From assembly GCF_963921235.1 (NCBI RefSeq), contig NC_086100.1, positions 199,766,001 through 199,830,000 on the forward strand: 64,000 nucleotides of DNA, read 5' to 3'. Shown here one piece after another: positions 24,991-39,058 of the stretch. The DNA comes from Mobula hypostoma (taxonomy: Eukaryota). The position numbers were made by a program, and so were the translations under genes. Position 1 is the stretch's first letter, and every line of letters starts with the position of its first letter. Below the pieces are notes generated by a model, which saw nothing but the letters and a program-made list of their open reading frames with translations, did no database searches and was not told the DNA's origin.

Positions 24991-25774
24991 GCTTTTTTAT
25001 ACTCCTCATATGCTTCATTTGATTCTTCTTCGTCTCCTCCTCTGTCTCCTCCGTCTTGTTTTACGGTAGTTTGGCACCCAGCTTAATGGTGCATTACCAC
25101 CACCTTCTGCTCCGGAGTGTGCAATAGACTTACATTCTAAATCCCTTCACCCAATCACACACCCACACATCCCCTAACCTACACTTTATCCTCCCCTCTT
25201 TGGCCATCCTAGTACCCTATTCCTGCTTATTTGTCATATCCTATATATAAAAAAAAACGCTTACCCCTTAAGAAAGCTAAAAATACCCTGACCTGTGCTC
25301 TCTCACCCATGCCTAGCAACCCTTTTTATGTGAATTCCTGCACCCCCAATTCCATGAGATTAATTCTCATCATCTCTCTCTGTATCCCATACTTCCTGCA
25401 ACTCAGAACTACATGTTCTACTGACTCTGCTTCCTGACATTCCTCACACAATACTGCCTGGTGTTTCCCTATCATTCTCAATGTTTTGTTTAATGCTCAA
25501 TGCCCCAGCCTTAACCTAGTCCACACAATTTCCTCTCTTCTGTTTCCATTACCTACCCTAGTAACTGCAACACTCTTTTGTATTTGATATAAATGCCTTC
25601 CTTTCCCCACTCTGTCCCATCTTTCTTGTCACATTCGGTTGATTATTTTTCCCAGATTACAGACTTGACCTCTGGTTTTCTGATATAATGTGAAATTCTA
25701 TATTTTCTTTCTTTAGCGCCCTCTTTGTCAACTCATCCACCCTCTCATTCCCCCTCACCCTTACATGTGCTGGA

Positions 25775-28060
25775 ACCATAGAAACCATAGAAACTACAGC
25801 AGAGAAACAGGCCTTTTGGCCCTTCTTGGCTGTGCCCAACCATTTTCTGCCTAGTCCCACTGACCTGCACAAGGACCATATCCCTCCATACACCTCCCAT
25901 CCATGTATCTGTCCAATTTATTCTTAAATGTTAAAAAAGAACCCGCATTTACCACCTCGTCTGGCAGCTCAATCCATACTCCCACCACTCTGTATGAAGA
26001 AGCCCTCCCTAATGTTCCCTTTAAACTTTTCTCCCCTCACCCTTAACCCATGTCCTCTGGTTTTTTTCTCCCCTTGCCTCAGTGGAAAAAGCCTGCTTGC
26101 ATTCACTCTATCTATACCCATCATAATTTTATATACCTCTATCAAATCTCCCCTCATTCTTCTACACTCCAGGGAATAAAGTCCTAACCTATTCAACCTT
26201 TCTCCGTAACTGAGTTTCTCAAGTCCTGGCAACATTCTTGTAAACCGTCTCTGCACTCTTTCAACCTTATTTATATCCTTCCTGTAATTTGGTGACCAAA
26301 ACTGAACACAATACTCCAGATTCGGCCTCACCAATGCCTTATACAACCTCACCATAATATTCCAGCTCTTATACTCAATACTTTGATTAATAAAGGCCAA
26401 TGTACCAAAAGCTCTCTTTACGATCCTATCTATCTCTGACACTACTTTTAGGGAATTTTGTATCTGTATTCCCAGATCCCTCTGTTCCACTGCACTCCTC
26501 AGTGCCTTACCATTAACCCTATATGTTCTACCTTGGTTTGTCTTTCCAACGTGCAATACCTCACACTTGTCTGTATTAAACTCCATCTGCCATTTTTCAG
26601 CCCATTTTTCCAGCTGGTCCAAGTTGCTCTGCAGGCTCTGAAAACCTTCCTCACTGTCTACTACACCTCCAATCTTTATATCATCAGCAAATTTGCTGAT
26701 CCAATTTACCACATTATCATCCAGATCATTGATATAGATGACAAATAACAATGGACCCAGCACTGATCCCTGTGGCACACCACTAGTCACAGGCCTCCAC
26801 TCGGAGAAGCAATTCCCTACCACTCGTTGGCTTCTTCCATTGAGCCAATGCCTAATCCAATTTACCACCTCTCCATGTATACCTAGTGACTGAATTTTCC
26901 TAACTAACCTCCCATGCGGGACCTTGTCAAAGGCCTTACTGAAGTCCATGTAGACAATATCCACTGCCTTCCCTTCATCCACTTTCCTGGTAATCTCCTT
27001 GAAAAACTCCAATAGATTGGTCAAACATGACCTACCATGCACAAAGTAATGTTGACTCTCCCTAATAAGTCCCTGCCTATCCAAATGCTTGTAGATTCTG
27101 TCTCTTAGCACTCCCTCCAATAACTTACTACTACCGATGTTAAACTTACTGGCCTATAATTTCCTGGATTACTTTTCAATCCTTTTTTAAACAACGGAAC
27201 AACATGAGCCACTCTCCAATCCTCCGCTACCTCACCCATAGACACCGACATTTTAAATATTTCTGCCAGGACCCCTGCAATTTCAACACTAGTCTCCTTC
27301 AAGGTCCGAGGGAACACCCTGTCAGGTCCCGGGGATTTATCCACTTTAATTTTCCTCACGACAGCAAGCACCTCCTCCTTTTCAATCTGTACAGTTTCCA
27401 TGATCTCACTACTTGTTTCCCTTAATTCCATAGACTTCATGCCAGTTTCCTTAGTAAATACAGGCGCAAATAACCTATTTAAGATCTCCCCCATTTCCTT
27501 TGGTTCTGCACATAGCTGACCACTCTGATCTTCAAGAGGTCCAATTTTATCCCTTACAATCCTTTTGCTCTTAATATACCTGTAAAAGCTCGTTGGATTA
27601 TCCTTCACTTTGACTGCCAAGGCAACTTCATGTCTTCTTTTAGCCCTTCTGATTTCTTTCTTAAGTATTTTCTTGCACTTCTTATACTCCTCAAGCACCT
27701 TATTTACTCCCTGCTTCCTATACATGTCATACAACTCCCTTTTCTTCTTTATCAGAGTTGCAATATCCCTTGAGAACCAAGGTTCCTTATTCCTATTCAC
27801 TTTGCCTTTAATCCTGACAGGAACATACAAATTCTGCACTCTCTGAATTTCTCCTTTGAAGGCTTCCCACCTACAGATCACATCCTTGCCAGAGAACAAT
27901 CTGTCCCAATCCACGCTTTTTATATCCTTTCTCATTTCTTCAAATTTGGCCTTCTTCCAGTTCAGAACCTCAACCCTAGGACCAGATCTATCCTTGTCCA
28001 TGATCAAGTTGAAACTAATGGTGTTATGATCATTGGAACCAAAGTGCTCCCCTACACAGA
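25775..28060 (-). mobile_element. Relatively young CR1 ORF2 fragment nested in the Nimb element
   Basis: Long ORFs 27105-28007 (300 aa) and 25969-27120 (383 aa; GVPQGSVLGP, SKFADDIK). Confidence 0.95.
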
Positions 28061-28134
28061 CTTAGAAATCTTACCTGACCTCCCTGATTTGCAATTCTTG
28101 TGACTGACAGAAGGACTTCATAAAGTACATTTTT

Positions 28135-28840
28135 TTAGATTAGATTTAGATTAGATTAGATTGAATTATGAGGACACTCAGTCCTCGTTTATTGTCGTTT
28201 AGAAATGCATGCATTAAAAAATGATACGACGTTCCTCCAGACTGATGTCATAAGAAAAACACAGGACAAACCAAGACTAAAACTTACAAAACCACATAAT
28301 TATAATATATAGTTACAACAGTGAAAAGCAATACCTTAATTTGATAAAGAGCAGACCATGGGCACGGTTTAAAAAAAAGTCTTAAGTCCCGATAGCCCCA
28401 TCATCTCACACAGGTGGCAGAAGGGAGAAACTCTCTCTGCCATGAACCTCCAAGCACTGCAAACTTGCCGTTGCAGCACCATTGGAAGCACCCGACCGCA
28501 GTGGACTCTGAGTCCGTCCGAAAACTTCGAGCCTCTGACCAGCCCCTCCGACACAGCCTCTCCGAACACCATCCTCTGCCGAGCACTTTGACCCCGTCCT
28601 GGTCGCTGAGCAACAAGCAAAGCCGAGGACTCGAGGCCTTCCCCTCCGGAGATTTCGGACCACACAACAGCAGCAGCAGCGAAGCAGGCATTTCAGAAGT
28701 TTCACCAGATGTTCCTCGGTGCTCTCGCGTCCGTCTCCATCAAATCAGGATTGTGCACGGCACCCTACTTGACAAATAACAGACATCATCACCGGAGTGG
28801 CTGTTGTGAGATGCGTCACGCCACCATCTGCTCCTCCCTC
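28135..28840 (-). mobile_element. Non-autonomous retroposon with (TCTAA)n tail, nested in Nimb
   Basis: Tandem AGATT tail at 28137-28165; CpG-rich body; no coding motifs. Confidence 0.55.
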
Positions 28841-29879
28841 CACAAGAGTCTTGCTGACTGGTTGAGTGAAAAGACCTTAAACTTGCTAGAACTGAGGATG
28901 AATCTGAGCATATCAACACTTTGACTTCTAGCTTTCTCCACCCATTGCAACGCAACCAACACTGCCAGCATCTCCACTGTGTACACCCCTAACTTATTAG
29001 ATGTCCTTCTGCTGATTCCAATTTCTTTTGCTGGTATAGCCACCCCAAACCCTGTCACTCCTGTTTCAGGTTCCTTAGCACCATCCGTATAAATCTGAGT
29101 ATAATCACTATACTTTTCCATCACATTACAGTTAAATGCACTTACCAAATCAATTTTATATTTCCCTTTCCTTTTTACCTCTAACAAATGCCAGTCTATG
29201 TCAGGCCATACAAGCTTCCATGGAGCTACAACCGGATAAACTACTGAAGGACTTATCGTTAGATCAAACACTCCACATTCTTTTGCGATATCATTCCCTA
29301 CCCAACTAAAGTTATCCCTCTGAAACCTCCCATTTTCCCAGCACTCCTGCAACACTCCTTTAGCAGGGTGAGAATCACTGTGCCCCTGCAAATTAGCCCA
29401 GTGGTTTGCCATCAGTTGCATCCTTCTTAGTTCCAAAGGCATTACTCCCACTTCTACCTGTAGGGCTGATACTGGTGATGTTTTAAAAGCCCCACTGCAC
29501 ACTCTCAAGGCCTGAGCCTGAATCACATCCAGTTTCCTTATAAGAGACCTAGCAGCTGATCCATATGCTATATTTCCATAGTCCAACACAGATCTTACTA
29601 AAGCCACATACATTCTCTTCAAAGCTGAACAACTTGCTCCTGACTTCTGAAACTTTACATATTTTTTCCTTTTTCTTCTTGACTAAATTCATCACCTCTC
29701 TGGACATCCAAGGATACCTTGTCTTTCCATTCCAGTCCTTCCTTCTAACAGGAACTTACCTTTCCTGTACTCTGTGCAGTTGATCTTTAAACACCCTCCA
29801 CATGTCTGATGTGGATTTTCCAGAGAATAGGTGTTCCAATTAACTCTTCTTAGTTCCTGCCTAATGATCTTGTAATTTC

Positions 29880-30285
29880 CTGAAACTGCTCACTTCTGAT
29901 CCCTCTATGAGGATTGGTATGTGCTCCTTTGTCTTACCCTGTCTGAAGTCCACAATCAGCTCTTTTGTCTTACTGACATTGAGTGCCAGGTTGTTGATGT
30001 GACACCACTCCACTAGTTGGCATGTCTCACTCCTGTACACCCTTTCGTCACCGTCTGAGATTCTACCAACAATTGTTGTATCATCAGCAAATTTATAGAA
30101 GTTATTTGAGCTATGCCTAGCCACACAATCATGTATATGTAGAAAGTAGAACAGTGGGTTAAGCACACACCCCTGAGGTGCGCCAGTGTTGATTGTCAGC
30201 GAGGAGGAGATGTTATCACTAATCAGCACAGATTGTGGTCTTCCGGTTAGGAACTCGAGGATCCAGTTCAGAGGAATGCACATTC
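29880..30285 (-). mobile_element. Rex1/Babar LINE RT fragment
   Basis: [14 protein letters not shown]...[10 protein letters not shown]...[17 protein letters not shown]. Confidence 0.85.
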
Positions 30286-30529
30286 AACTATCCTGCCTGG
30301 CATCACTACTGTCCTCGCTGATCAGATAGAAAGAGGGGAAACAAACTTAACCTTGAGCTTTTCTTTTTGATTTCTCTGACTGAAGCCTCGAAGAGCTAAA
30401 GCCTCAAGATCACCATTCTGACTCTGTCCTCTCAGACGACAGCCACAGTGAAGATGGTCCTGACTCGCCCGACTCCAATTTCAAACTCTCCCACAAGGAC
30501 CATACCGATCCTTATCTATAGCTGTCCTG

Positions 30530-32170
30530 AAAGATACGGAGTTGTGGTCACTGTTCCCTAACTGCTCACCCACTGAAAGGTCAGTCCCCTGGCCAGGCTC
30601 ATTACCCAACACCAGGTCCACTACGTTCCCTCCTCACATCGGACTGTCTACAAATTGATTTACAAAACCCTCCTGGATACACTTCACAAATTCTGCCCCA
30701 CCTCACCACCTCACACTATGAAGGTCCCAGTTTATATCAGGGAAATTGAAATCCTCCATTACAACAACCCCATAATTTTTACACATTTCCTTAATCTGAT
30801 TACACATCTGTTCCTCAATGTCCGGTGTCTATTCAGGGGTCGATAGTACAATCTCATCAGTGTGATTGCACCCTTCCTATTCCTGAGTTCCACCCAAATG
30901 GACTCCGTGTCTGACCCTCCACTCTGTCTCCGAGTGTAGCTGTGACATTGTCCCTGATTAGTCGTGCAACTCCACACACCCCCAAAACACTTTTACCTCT
31001 TTCTCGATCTCTCTAAAGCTTTGAAAACTGGTACATTAATCACCCATTCCTGTACCTCTCTCAGTTAAGTTTCAGTAATGGCCACAACATCATAGTTCCA
31101 TATACCGATCCACACTCTAAGATCATCACCTTTACCCATAATACTCCTGGTATACACCCTTCAAACTATCTGACCCACCAGAGCTGTTATTTTCATTTTG
31201 CCTTTCAATACTTTCCCTGACATCTACTTTCTGGTCCAATCCCTCCCTTACTAACCTGGGGCTCCGGTTCCCAGCTCCCTGCAAAACTAGTTTAAACTCT
31301 CCCGAGCAGCATTAGCAAACCTACCAGCCAGGATATTGGTTCCCATCCAGTTCAGATGCAATCTGTCCCTCTTGTACAGGTCACCCCCTTCCCCAGAACA
31401 GGTTCCAAAGATCCAAAAACTTGAAATTCTTCTCCTACACCATCTCCACAACCACTCATTCATCTGTTCTATCACCCCATTCCTACCTTCACTGACCGGT
31501 GTCACTGGGAGTAATCCAGAGATTACTACCTTGTAGGCCTATCTCTTCAGCCTCTTTCCTAATTCTATATACTCACTGCGTAGGCCCTCTTCCCCTTTTC
31601 TCCCTGTGTCACTGGAGCCAATATGCACCACGACCTCTGGCTGTTCCCCCTCCCCTTCAAGAATATCAAGTAAGTCACTCCGATACAGCCTGAACCCTAA
31701 CACCTGGGAGACAACACACCTCTTTTCTGGCCACAGAATCTCCGTTTTGTCCGCCTAACTACCGAGTCCCCTATAACGACTGCACGGCCTGACTTTATCC
31801 TTCCACGTTGAACCTCAGAGCTGGCCACAGTGTCACCAGCCTGGCTGCTGCTGCCGTGCCCTGATGGGTCATTCACTGACCCCCAGCCGTGTCCAAAGTG
31901 GTATTCTTGTTGCTGAGGGAAATGGCCCCAGGGGAACCATCCACTAACTCCTTAATCCCTTACCTCTCCTGGTGTATCCACCGTCTGAACCCTGTACTCT
32001 GGGTGTAACCACCTCTCCAAAAGTCTCCTCTATAATATCTTCAGCCTCCTGACTGATCCGGAGTAGATCCAACTCCTTGACCCGGTCTGTCAGGGGCTGA
32101 AGTTGGATGCATTTCCCATAGATGTAGTCATCTGGGAGACCATCAGGTATACTGATTTCCCACATCTGAT
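30530..32170 (-). mobile_element. Degenerate CR1 (ORF1 + endonuclease)
   Basis: PDDYIYGKCIQLQPLTDRVKEL; LYKRDRLHLNWMGTNILAG; ESIWVELRNRKG. Confidence 0.85.
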
Positions 32171-32274
32171 AGGATGACAGGAGGAGAAGGCAGGAGGTTG
32201 GAGCTGGGAGCAAAATGGTGCAGACTTGATGGGTCAAGCCTAATTCTGCACCGATAACTTAGTGTCTTACGGAC

Positions 32275-33955
32275 ATACCAGGGCAGGACTTACAGACTGA
32301 ACAATGGGTCACTGAGAAGTAAGGTAGAATACAGATCCATAACTCCTTGAAAGTAGCATTACAGATAGGTGGGGTCCAAAGAAATCTTTTAGCACATTGG
32401 CCTTCACAAATCAAAGTATTGAGTACAGCAGTTGGAATGTTACTTTGAAGTTGCGTGTGACATTGCTGAGGCCTAATTTGGAGTATTGTGTACAGTTCTG
32501 GTCACTTACATACAGGAAAGATGTAAATAAGATTGAAAGAGTGCAGAGAAAATTTACAAGGATGTTGCCGGGACTTGAGGATGTGAGTTATAGGGAAAGG
32601 TTGAGCAGTTTAGGAACTTATTCCTGAACCATAGGAAAATGAAGGTGTATACAAAAGCAGTATACAAAATTATGAGGGGTATAGATAAATCCTGCCTGAC
32701 TAATCTCTTGCATTTTTTTGAGGAAATTACAAGCAGGGTAGACAAAGGAGATGCAGTAGACGTGGTGTACTTGGATTTTCAGAAGGCCTTTGACAAGGTG
32801 CCGAACATGAGATTGATCAGCAAGATAGGAGTCCATGGAATTACAGGGAAGTTATGAGCATGGGTGGAGCATTGCTGATCAGCAGAAAACAGAGTGTGGG
32901 AATAAAAGGATCCTATTCTGTCTGGCTGCCAGTTACCAGTGGTGTTCCACAGGAGTTGGTGTTGGGACCGCTGCTTTTTATGATGTACGTATGTCAATGA
33001 TGTGGACTATGGGTTTCATAGATTTGTGGCTAAATTTGCCCATGATACAAAGATAGGTGGAGGAGTGGGTAGTGTTGAGGAAACAGAGAGCCTGCAGAAA
33101 GACTTAGATAGTTTAGGGGAATGGGCAAAGAAGTGGCAAATGAAATACAATGTTGGAAATTGTATGATCATGCACCTTAGTTGAAAAAAAATGGGCAGAC
33201 TATTATTTAGATGAGGAGAGAATTCAAAATGCAGAGATGCAAAGGGACTTGGGAGTCCTTGTGAAGGATACCCTAAAGGTTAACCTCCAGGTTGAGTTGG
33301 TTGTGAAGAAGGCGAATGCAATGTTGGCATTCATTTCTAGAGTTATAGAATATAACAGCAGGGATGTGATTTTGAGGCTCTATAAGGCACTCATGAGACC
33401 ACACTTGGAGTATTGTGTGTGCAGTTTTGGGCTCCTTATTTTAGAAAGGATATACTGACATTGGAAACTGTTTCAGGAAGATTCACAAGAATGACTCCAG
33501 GGATGAAAGGGTTACCGTAAGACGAATGCCTGGTAGCTCTTGGGCTGTATTCCCCGGAGTTCAGGAGAATGAGGGGGGATCTCATAGAACCATTCCGAAT
33601 GTTAAAATGACTGACCAGGTTAGATATGGCAAAGTTATTTCCCATGGTAGGGGAGTCTAGGACAAGAGGACATAACTTCAGGATTGAAGGACGTCCATTT
33701 AGAAAAGAGATGCGGAGAAATTACTTCAGTCAGAGGGTGGTAAATCTGGAATTTGTTACCATGAGCAGCTGTTGGGGCCAAGTCACATTGGGTGTACTTA
33801 AGGCAGAGATAGATAGTTTCTTGATTATCCAGGGCATCAAAGGCAGGGCAGTGGGGATGACTGGAAGAATTGGACCAGCACATGATTGAATGATAGAGCA
33901 GACTCGATGGGCCAGATTGCCTACTTCTGCTCCTATATCTTATGGTCTTATAGAC
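32275..33955 (+). mobile_element. Two adjacent CR1 RT/3' fragments
   Basis: RPNLEYCVQFW; SCLTNLLHFFEE; AKFAHDTK; 3' tail at ~33950. Confidence 0.9.
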
Positions 33956-36900
33956 ATGGATGAAAACCAGATCCAAGATGACTCTGTTGTATTCCCAGTA
34001 CCTCTCCTCCGGTCCAAATGCTTCCCAGTCCACGAGATATTGCCAAACACCTGGTACAGTATGCAAATCCGAAGTTCTTCTCACAGTGAAATCCTCCTCC
34101 CCATCAACAAACCTGGGTGGTGTTGGGGCTGATGGTGGTGGGCTAACGGGCTGGTGTTCGCAGCCTTTAACCTGTCAACATGGAAAGTGGGATTGATTTT
34201 GAGGGTCTTGGGAAACGGCAAGGTATAGGTCACTGGGTTTACTTTCCTGAGAATCCTGGAGTGTCCAATGAACTTGGGTGACAATTTCCTGGACTCCTCT
34301 CAGAGTGGCAAATCCTGAATCAACAGCTGGACTTGTTGCCCAGGCTGTAAAACTGGTCCCTGTCATCTCTTGCAGTTAGCTTTTATTTCTGCCCTCTAGG
34401 AAGCTAACAAAATCTCCCTTGCTCTACTCCATCTCTCCTTGCAGTGTCTGATGAGACCTTTGACTGCAGGAACCCCAATCTCTGCCTCTTGCTGAGGGAT
34501 GAGTGGCGGAGAATACCCAAACTGGCATTTGAGAGCAGACATCCCGTGTGCTGAATGAGGTAATTTGACCACATCAAATGGTCGCTCCACTGGTTTGGTC
34601 TTTCAGTGGCTAGCTATCATTTGGTACATTTCCATATCTTGGTACCCGCTCCGTCTGGCCTTTAGATTGCAGGTGAAACCCAGAGGAAAGACTTGCCGTT
34701 GCTTCAATCAGATTGCAAAGTGCCCTGCAGAAATGTGATGTAAGTTGCAGGTTGCGATTCAACACAGTGTCCACCGGAACACCATGTATCCTGAAGGCCC
34801 GCAGCAGGACAATCTCGGCCATCTCCACCGCACATGGAGGTCTGTCCAAGGTGATGAATTTGCCGGCCTTTGGAAAACAATAGACAATAGGTGCAGGAGT
34901 AGGTCACTTGGCCCGTCGAGCTAGCACTGCCATTCACTGTGATCATGGCTGATCATCCACAATCAGTATCCAGTTCCTGCCTTATCCCCATAACGATCCA
35001 CAATTACCATGATAATGGTCTTCCCCTTGGAAGGAGGAAGACCCATGACAAAGTCCATGGAGATATGTGCCCATGGTCTTCCTGGAACAGGCAGAGGGTG
35101 AATGAGCCCTTGAGGTTGGATATGTGGTTGCTTGTTCTAGGCACACACCTCACATACCAGCATCTATTGGTGGACCTCCCTCACCATTCCAAGCCACCTA
35201 TATCTTCTCTTAATGACCTCAAAAGTCCTGGCAATCCCCGGGTGAGAGGTCATTCTCGATGCACGTCCCCATTGAGGAACCTGAGACTGGACGGGACTAG
35301 GAGTGAACAGCTGACCTGGATGCTGTTCTGAGGAACCTCCCCTTATGCCTGGGCCTTGTTAACAAGCGTGTCAATCCCCAATCACAAAGGCACTATGACC
35401 TTGGCTTGGGGCAAAATGGTGATAGGCTGCTTTTCTCATTCGGGTTCATCAAACTGCTGGGACAAGGCATCTGGCTTCTGGTTCTTAGATCAGAGTCGAT
35501 AGGTTAGGATGAAATTTAAAACGGTTAAAGAAGAGACCACCTGGCCTGCCTGAATTCACTCTCTTGTCCTCTTAAATAAAAGCCAGGTTCTTGTGGTCCA
35601 TCCATATGATAAAAAGGGCTCTTGGCCCCCTTGACCAGTGACAACACTTTTCCAGAGCCAACTTGACCAGAGGCAGCTCTCCATTCTCTATGTCGTAATT
35701 CACCTCTGCCGGGGATCGTCACCTGGAAAAGAGTGCACACCAGTGTAGTTTATTGTCTGAAGGTGTCCACTGAGACAACACTGCACCCACTCCAACATCT
35801 GAGGCATCCACTTCCATGATGGAGGTCTGACCAGAATCGGAGCTGTTGCGAACTGCTGTTTGAGCTCTGTGAAAGCAGCCTGGCCCTCAGTAGTCGAAAC
35901 TAACGAGCCCGAGAGCATTCCGAAGCACGTCATTTATAAATGCTTCGAAAACTGCTGGCGCATTCTCAAGGCCAAAGGTCATGACTGGGTACTCTTAGTG
36001 CCCTATCGGTGCGTTGAATGCTGTCTTCCACTTGTTACCCTCCTTTATGTGAACCAGGCTGTATGCACTCCTCAAGTCCAGCTTCGAGAATATTCTTACC
36101 CCTCGGAGAATTTCGAAAGTAGTGTTCATGAATGGAATGGGGTAATGATTCTTGACTGTTATGCGATTCAGCACTCTATAATCAATGCAAGGCCACAGAC
36201 TTCCGTCCTTCTGAAAGAAGAAGAGAGGGCTAAATGAATCCCAGGGCAACAGCCTCCTTTATATTCTCCTCCCTAGCACTTCTCACTGGGCCTGAGAGCG
36301 CATATAATTGACCCTGTGGAGGACACAAACCAGGCAGTAGATCTATTGCACAGTGGTAGGGTCAATGCAGTGGAAGAGTCGAGCTTTTCCCTTACTGAAG
36401 ACCTCTTCCAAATCCTTGCATACGGAAGGGATTTCTACTGGCTTGGGTGCTGCAATTATCCCCAAAACGTCCTCTGAGACTCCACCGATGGGGGGGGGGG
36501 TGCTTTGGAAAACCCCAGAGCTCCCCCATTGGTACACATGAGTCTTTAGTGAAAAAGTCCAAATCCTTGTCTGTTTCCACAGATATTGGCAGCAAGGTGT
36601 GACAAATGGTCCTTGTGCCTCTGGGACAAGATCTCCGTCTTGGAGCCTTCCTCTTAGATGGGATCAGGCAACTGGAGACCTTGGCTTAGTTGTTAAACTT
36701 CCATACTGCTTGGGCACCTCCTTTGCTTGCTCCTGAACTAGAGATCTCATACCCATACCCATGACTGGACAGGGCCTATTGGCTGGAGCTAGCTTGTATT
36801 CCCTGAAAGGTAGGACTGGGTTTCCTGAAGGCTTCAGGTTACCCTGAGCATAAATCTGTTCCCCCATTGGCTGCTGGTCTTGGGAGAGTCAGGGGTTGGA

Positions 36901-37050
36901 ACACCAAGCCAAAACCAAACCCTCTTACACTGTCTGGACCAAGCAGTGATTCACCCCTCCTTCCAGTCCATGGATGTGTTAGGTTGAGCCTCATCTGCTG
37001 CACCACAGTCTGCTACTGGATCTGCCCAGAACCTAGCGGGCAGCTGTCCA
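33955..37050 (-). mobile_element. Ty3/Gypsy chromovirus (sushi/Tf2-like) internal region, decayed
   Basis: [21 protein letters not shown]...KLDLRSAY; integrase SSGFHLQSKGQTER and GPY/F region INPTFHVDRLK; chromodomain QYLVDWEAFGPEERYW. Confidence 0.9.
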
Positions 37051-37389
37051 AGACAATAGACAATAGGTGCAGGAGTAGGCCATTTGGCCCTTTGAGCCAG
37101 CACCGCCATTCACTGTGATCATGGCTGATCATCCACTATCAGTATCCAGTTCCTGCCTTATCCCCATAACTTGAACATTTACCGCATCACAGTCATGAAC
37201 AGCCCCCCTTACAGTCAGCCTGTGCCCTGGTCCTAGACTCATTAGCCAGTGGGAATATCCTTCCTGTAGCTGGCAATGTTAAACTCTGTACTCATTTCAG
37301 TGAGATCACAACTCACTCTTCTAACCCCCAGTGAACAGAGGGCTGGCCTACTCAACTTCCCCCTGTGATGACAGACTCACCAACACATG

Positions 37390-37406
37390 GACCTGAAACA
37401 CTGACC

Positions 37407-37437
<31 letters not shown>

Positions 37438-37488
37438 GATGCTGCCTGACCTGCTGAGTATTTCAACAATTCTCTGATATCACTCCAG
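37390..37488 (+). mobile_element. Penelope-associated repeat remnant with (CT)n
   Basis: GATGCTGCCTGACCTGCTGAGTATTTC is the same motif seen reversed at 1040-1075, 2575-2610 and 61165-61205. Confidence 0.6.
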
Positions 37489-37793
37489 GAAAAGAATCTG
37501 AAGAATCTTCATTACATTCCCTCGGGAGAAAGTCCATCGTTCACGTACTAAGGAAAACAAGTTGTATCCAGTTCTCCTGGTGTGGTGTCACCAAGACCAG
37601 GTATAATTCTGTGACCAATTCCAGGTTGCCATCGTGATCTTCTACTGACTGTACTCAGTACACACCGTGCCAGGACAAAGAGAACTGACAGAGGATCACC
37701 AGCCAGAGGTACGGAACCATTCAGCCCTGTGATCCTGGGACAGGCACTGTGTGTTTCAATAGGACATCAGGCACAGCGAATATCCTGGACTGT
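37489..37793 (+). pseudogene. Possible frameshifted CARD-like 5' part of the URGCP-like gene
   Basis: Non-repeat sequence after acceptor cactccag|G. Multi-frame fragments IVHVLRK(N)KL, DLLLTVLST, ITSQRYGTIQ, ANILDC join across the CR1 insertion to VIESK..GEEF at 45721+. Confidence 0.4.
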
Positions 37794-39058
37794 GTGACAG
37801 TGGGAAAGTGTGTATGGAACCGGAGGAAATAGCAGAGGTACTTAATGAATACTTCACTTCAGTATTCACTATGGAAAAGGATCTTGGTGATTGTAGGGAT
37901 GACTTGCAGCGGACTGGAAAGCTTGAGCATGTAGATATTAAGAAAAAGGATGTGCTGGAGCTTTTGGAAAGCATCAAGTTGGATAAGTCGCCAGGACTAG
38001 ATGAGATATACCCCAGGCTACTGTGGGAGGCGAGGAAGGAGATTGCTGAGCCTCTGGCAATGATCTTTGCATCATCAATGGGGATGGGAGAGGTTCCAGA
38101 GGATTGGAGGGTTGCGAATATTGTTCCTTTATTCAAGAAAGGCAGTAGAGATAGCCCAGGAAATTATAAACCAGTGAGTCTTACCTCAGTGGTTGGTAAG
38201 TTGATGGAGAAGATCCTGAGAGGCAGGATTTATCAACATTTGGAGAGGTATAATATGATTAGGAATAGTCAGCATGGCTTTGTCAAGGGCAGGTCATGTC
38301 TTGTGAGACTGATTGAATTTTTTTTTTATAATTCAAATTTTTATTATTATTTATTCTTATTTTACAAAGCAGCACAGCATATCATAGAGCAGATACAGTA
38401 CAGCATATTTACAGTACACAGACATCCCATGACAGGAAAACAAATAAAACTTAGAGACAGAAGGAAGTTCTAATTTAAGTTTAAATTAACATACAACCAA
38501 AATTGATTCCATGCGCCTTGTACTTTTCCCTCTGTTAATTCTTCCCAACATGTGTTCATATGATGAAATCTTAATCATTTCCTTCACAGTGGGACATCTG
38601 GGTCTTTTCCAGTTTTGCAATATAATTCTTGCAACTGTGATGAGACCCACCTTTAAAATAGTAAATTTCTCATTATTTACATTAGGTATCATTGTCCTAT
38701 CACCCAGCAGACAAAGCCGTGGGCACAAGGGCAGTGTGGAACCCGACCAATTCCCCAACAGATCAAGAACTTTACACCAAAATGGACAAACCATGGAACA
38801 CTTATGTGCCCATCTCATTTTTACATTTCCAGCATAAATTATTATCAACAATCCCCATTTTGTAGAGTCTAGTTGGTGTCCAATAATATCTGTGTACTAT
38901 CTTATACTGAATAAATTTCCCTCTCACTTCCCTAATATGTCTACCCACATTTGGTAAAATATTTGACCACTCATTATCTTCAATATCGCTTCCAAGATCC
39001 TTCTGCAATACTGCTTTGAGATTGTTACATAATTCGCCCACAGAGTGCTTGAACATTT

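Larger units (their letters stand above)
25015..29622 (-). mobile_element. Nimb/I-group LINE 3' part (RT thumb + RNase H + C-terminal Cys motif), split by later insertions
   Basis: YVALVRSVLDYG...IYTDGAKE...YTVEMLAV (28816-29622) continues at ~25770 as VPAHVRVRGNERVDELTK. Confidence 0.85.

Noticed and set aside
37808..38473. 221-aa ORF with an unusual C-terminus
   Set aside because: CR1 ORF2 read-through into the antisense L1 poly(A) tail and 3' UTR
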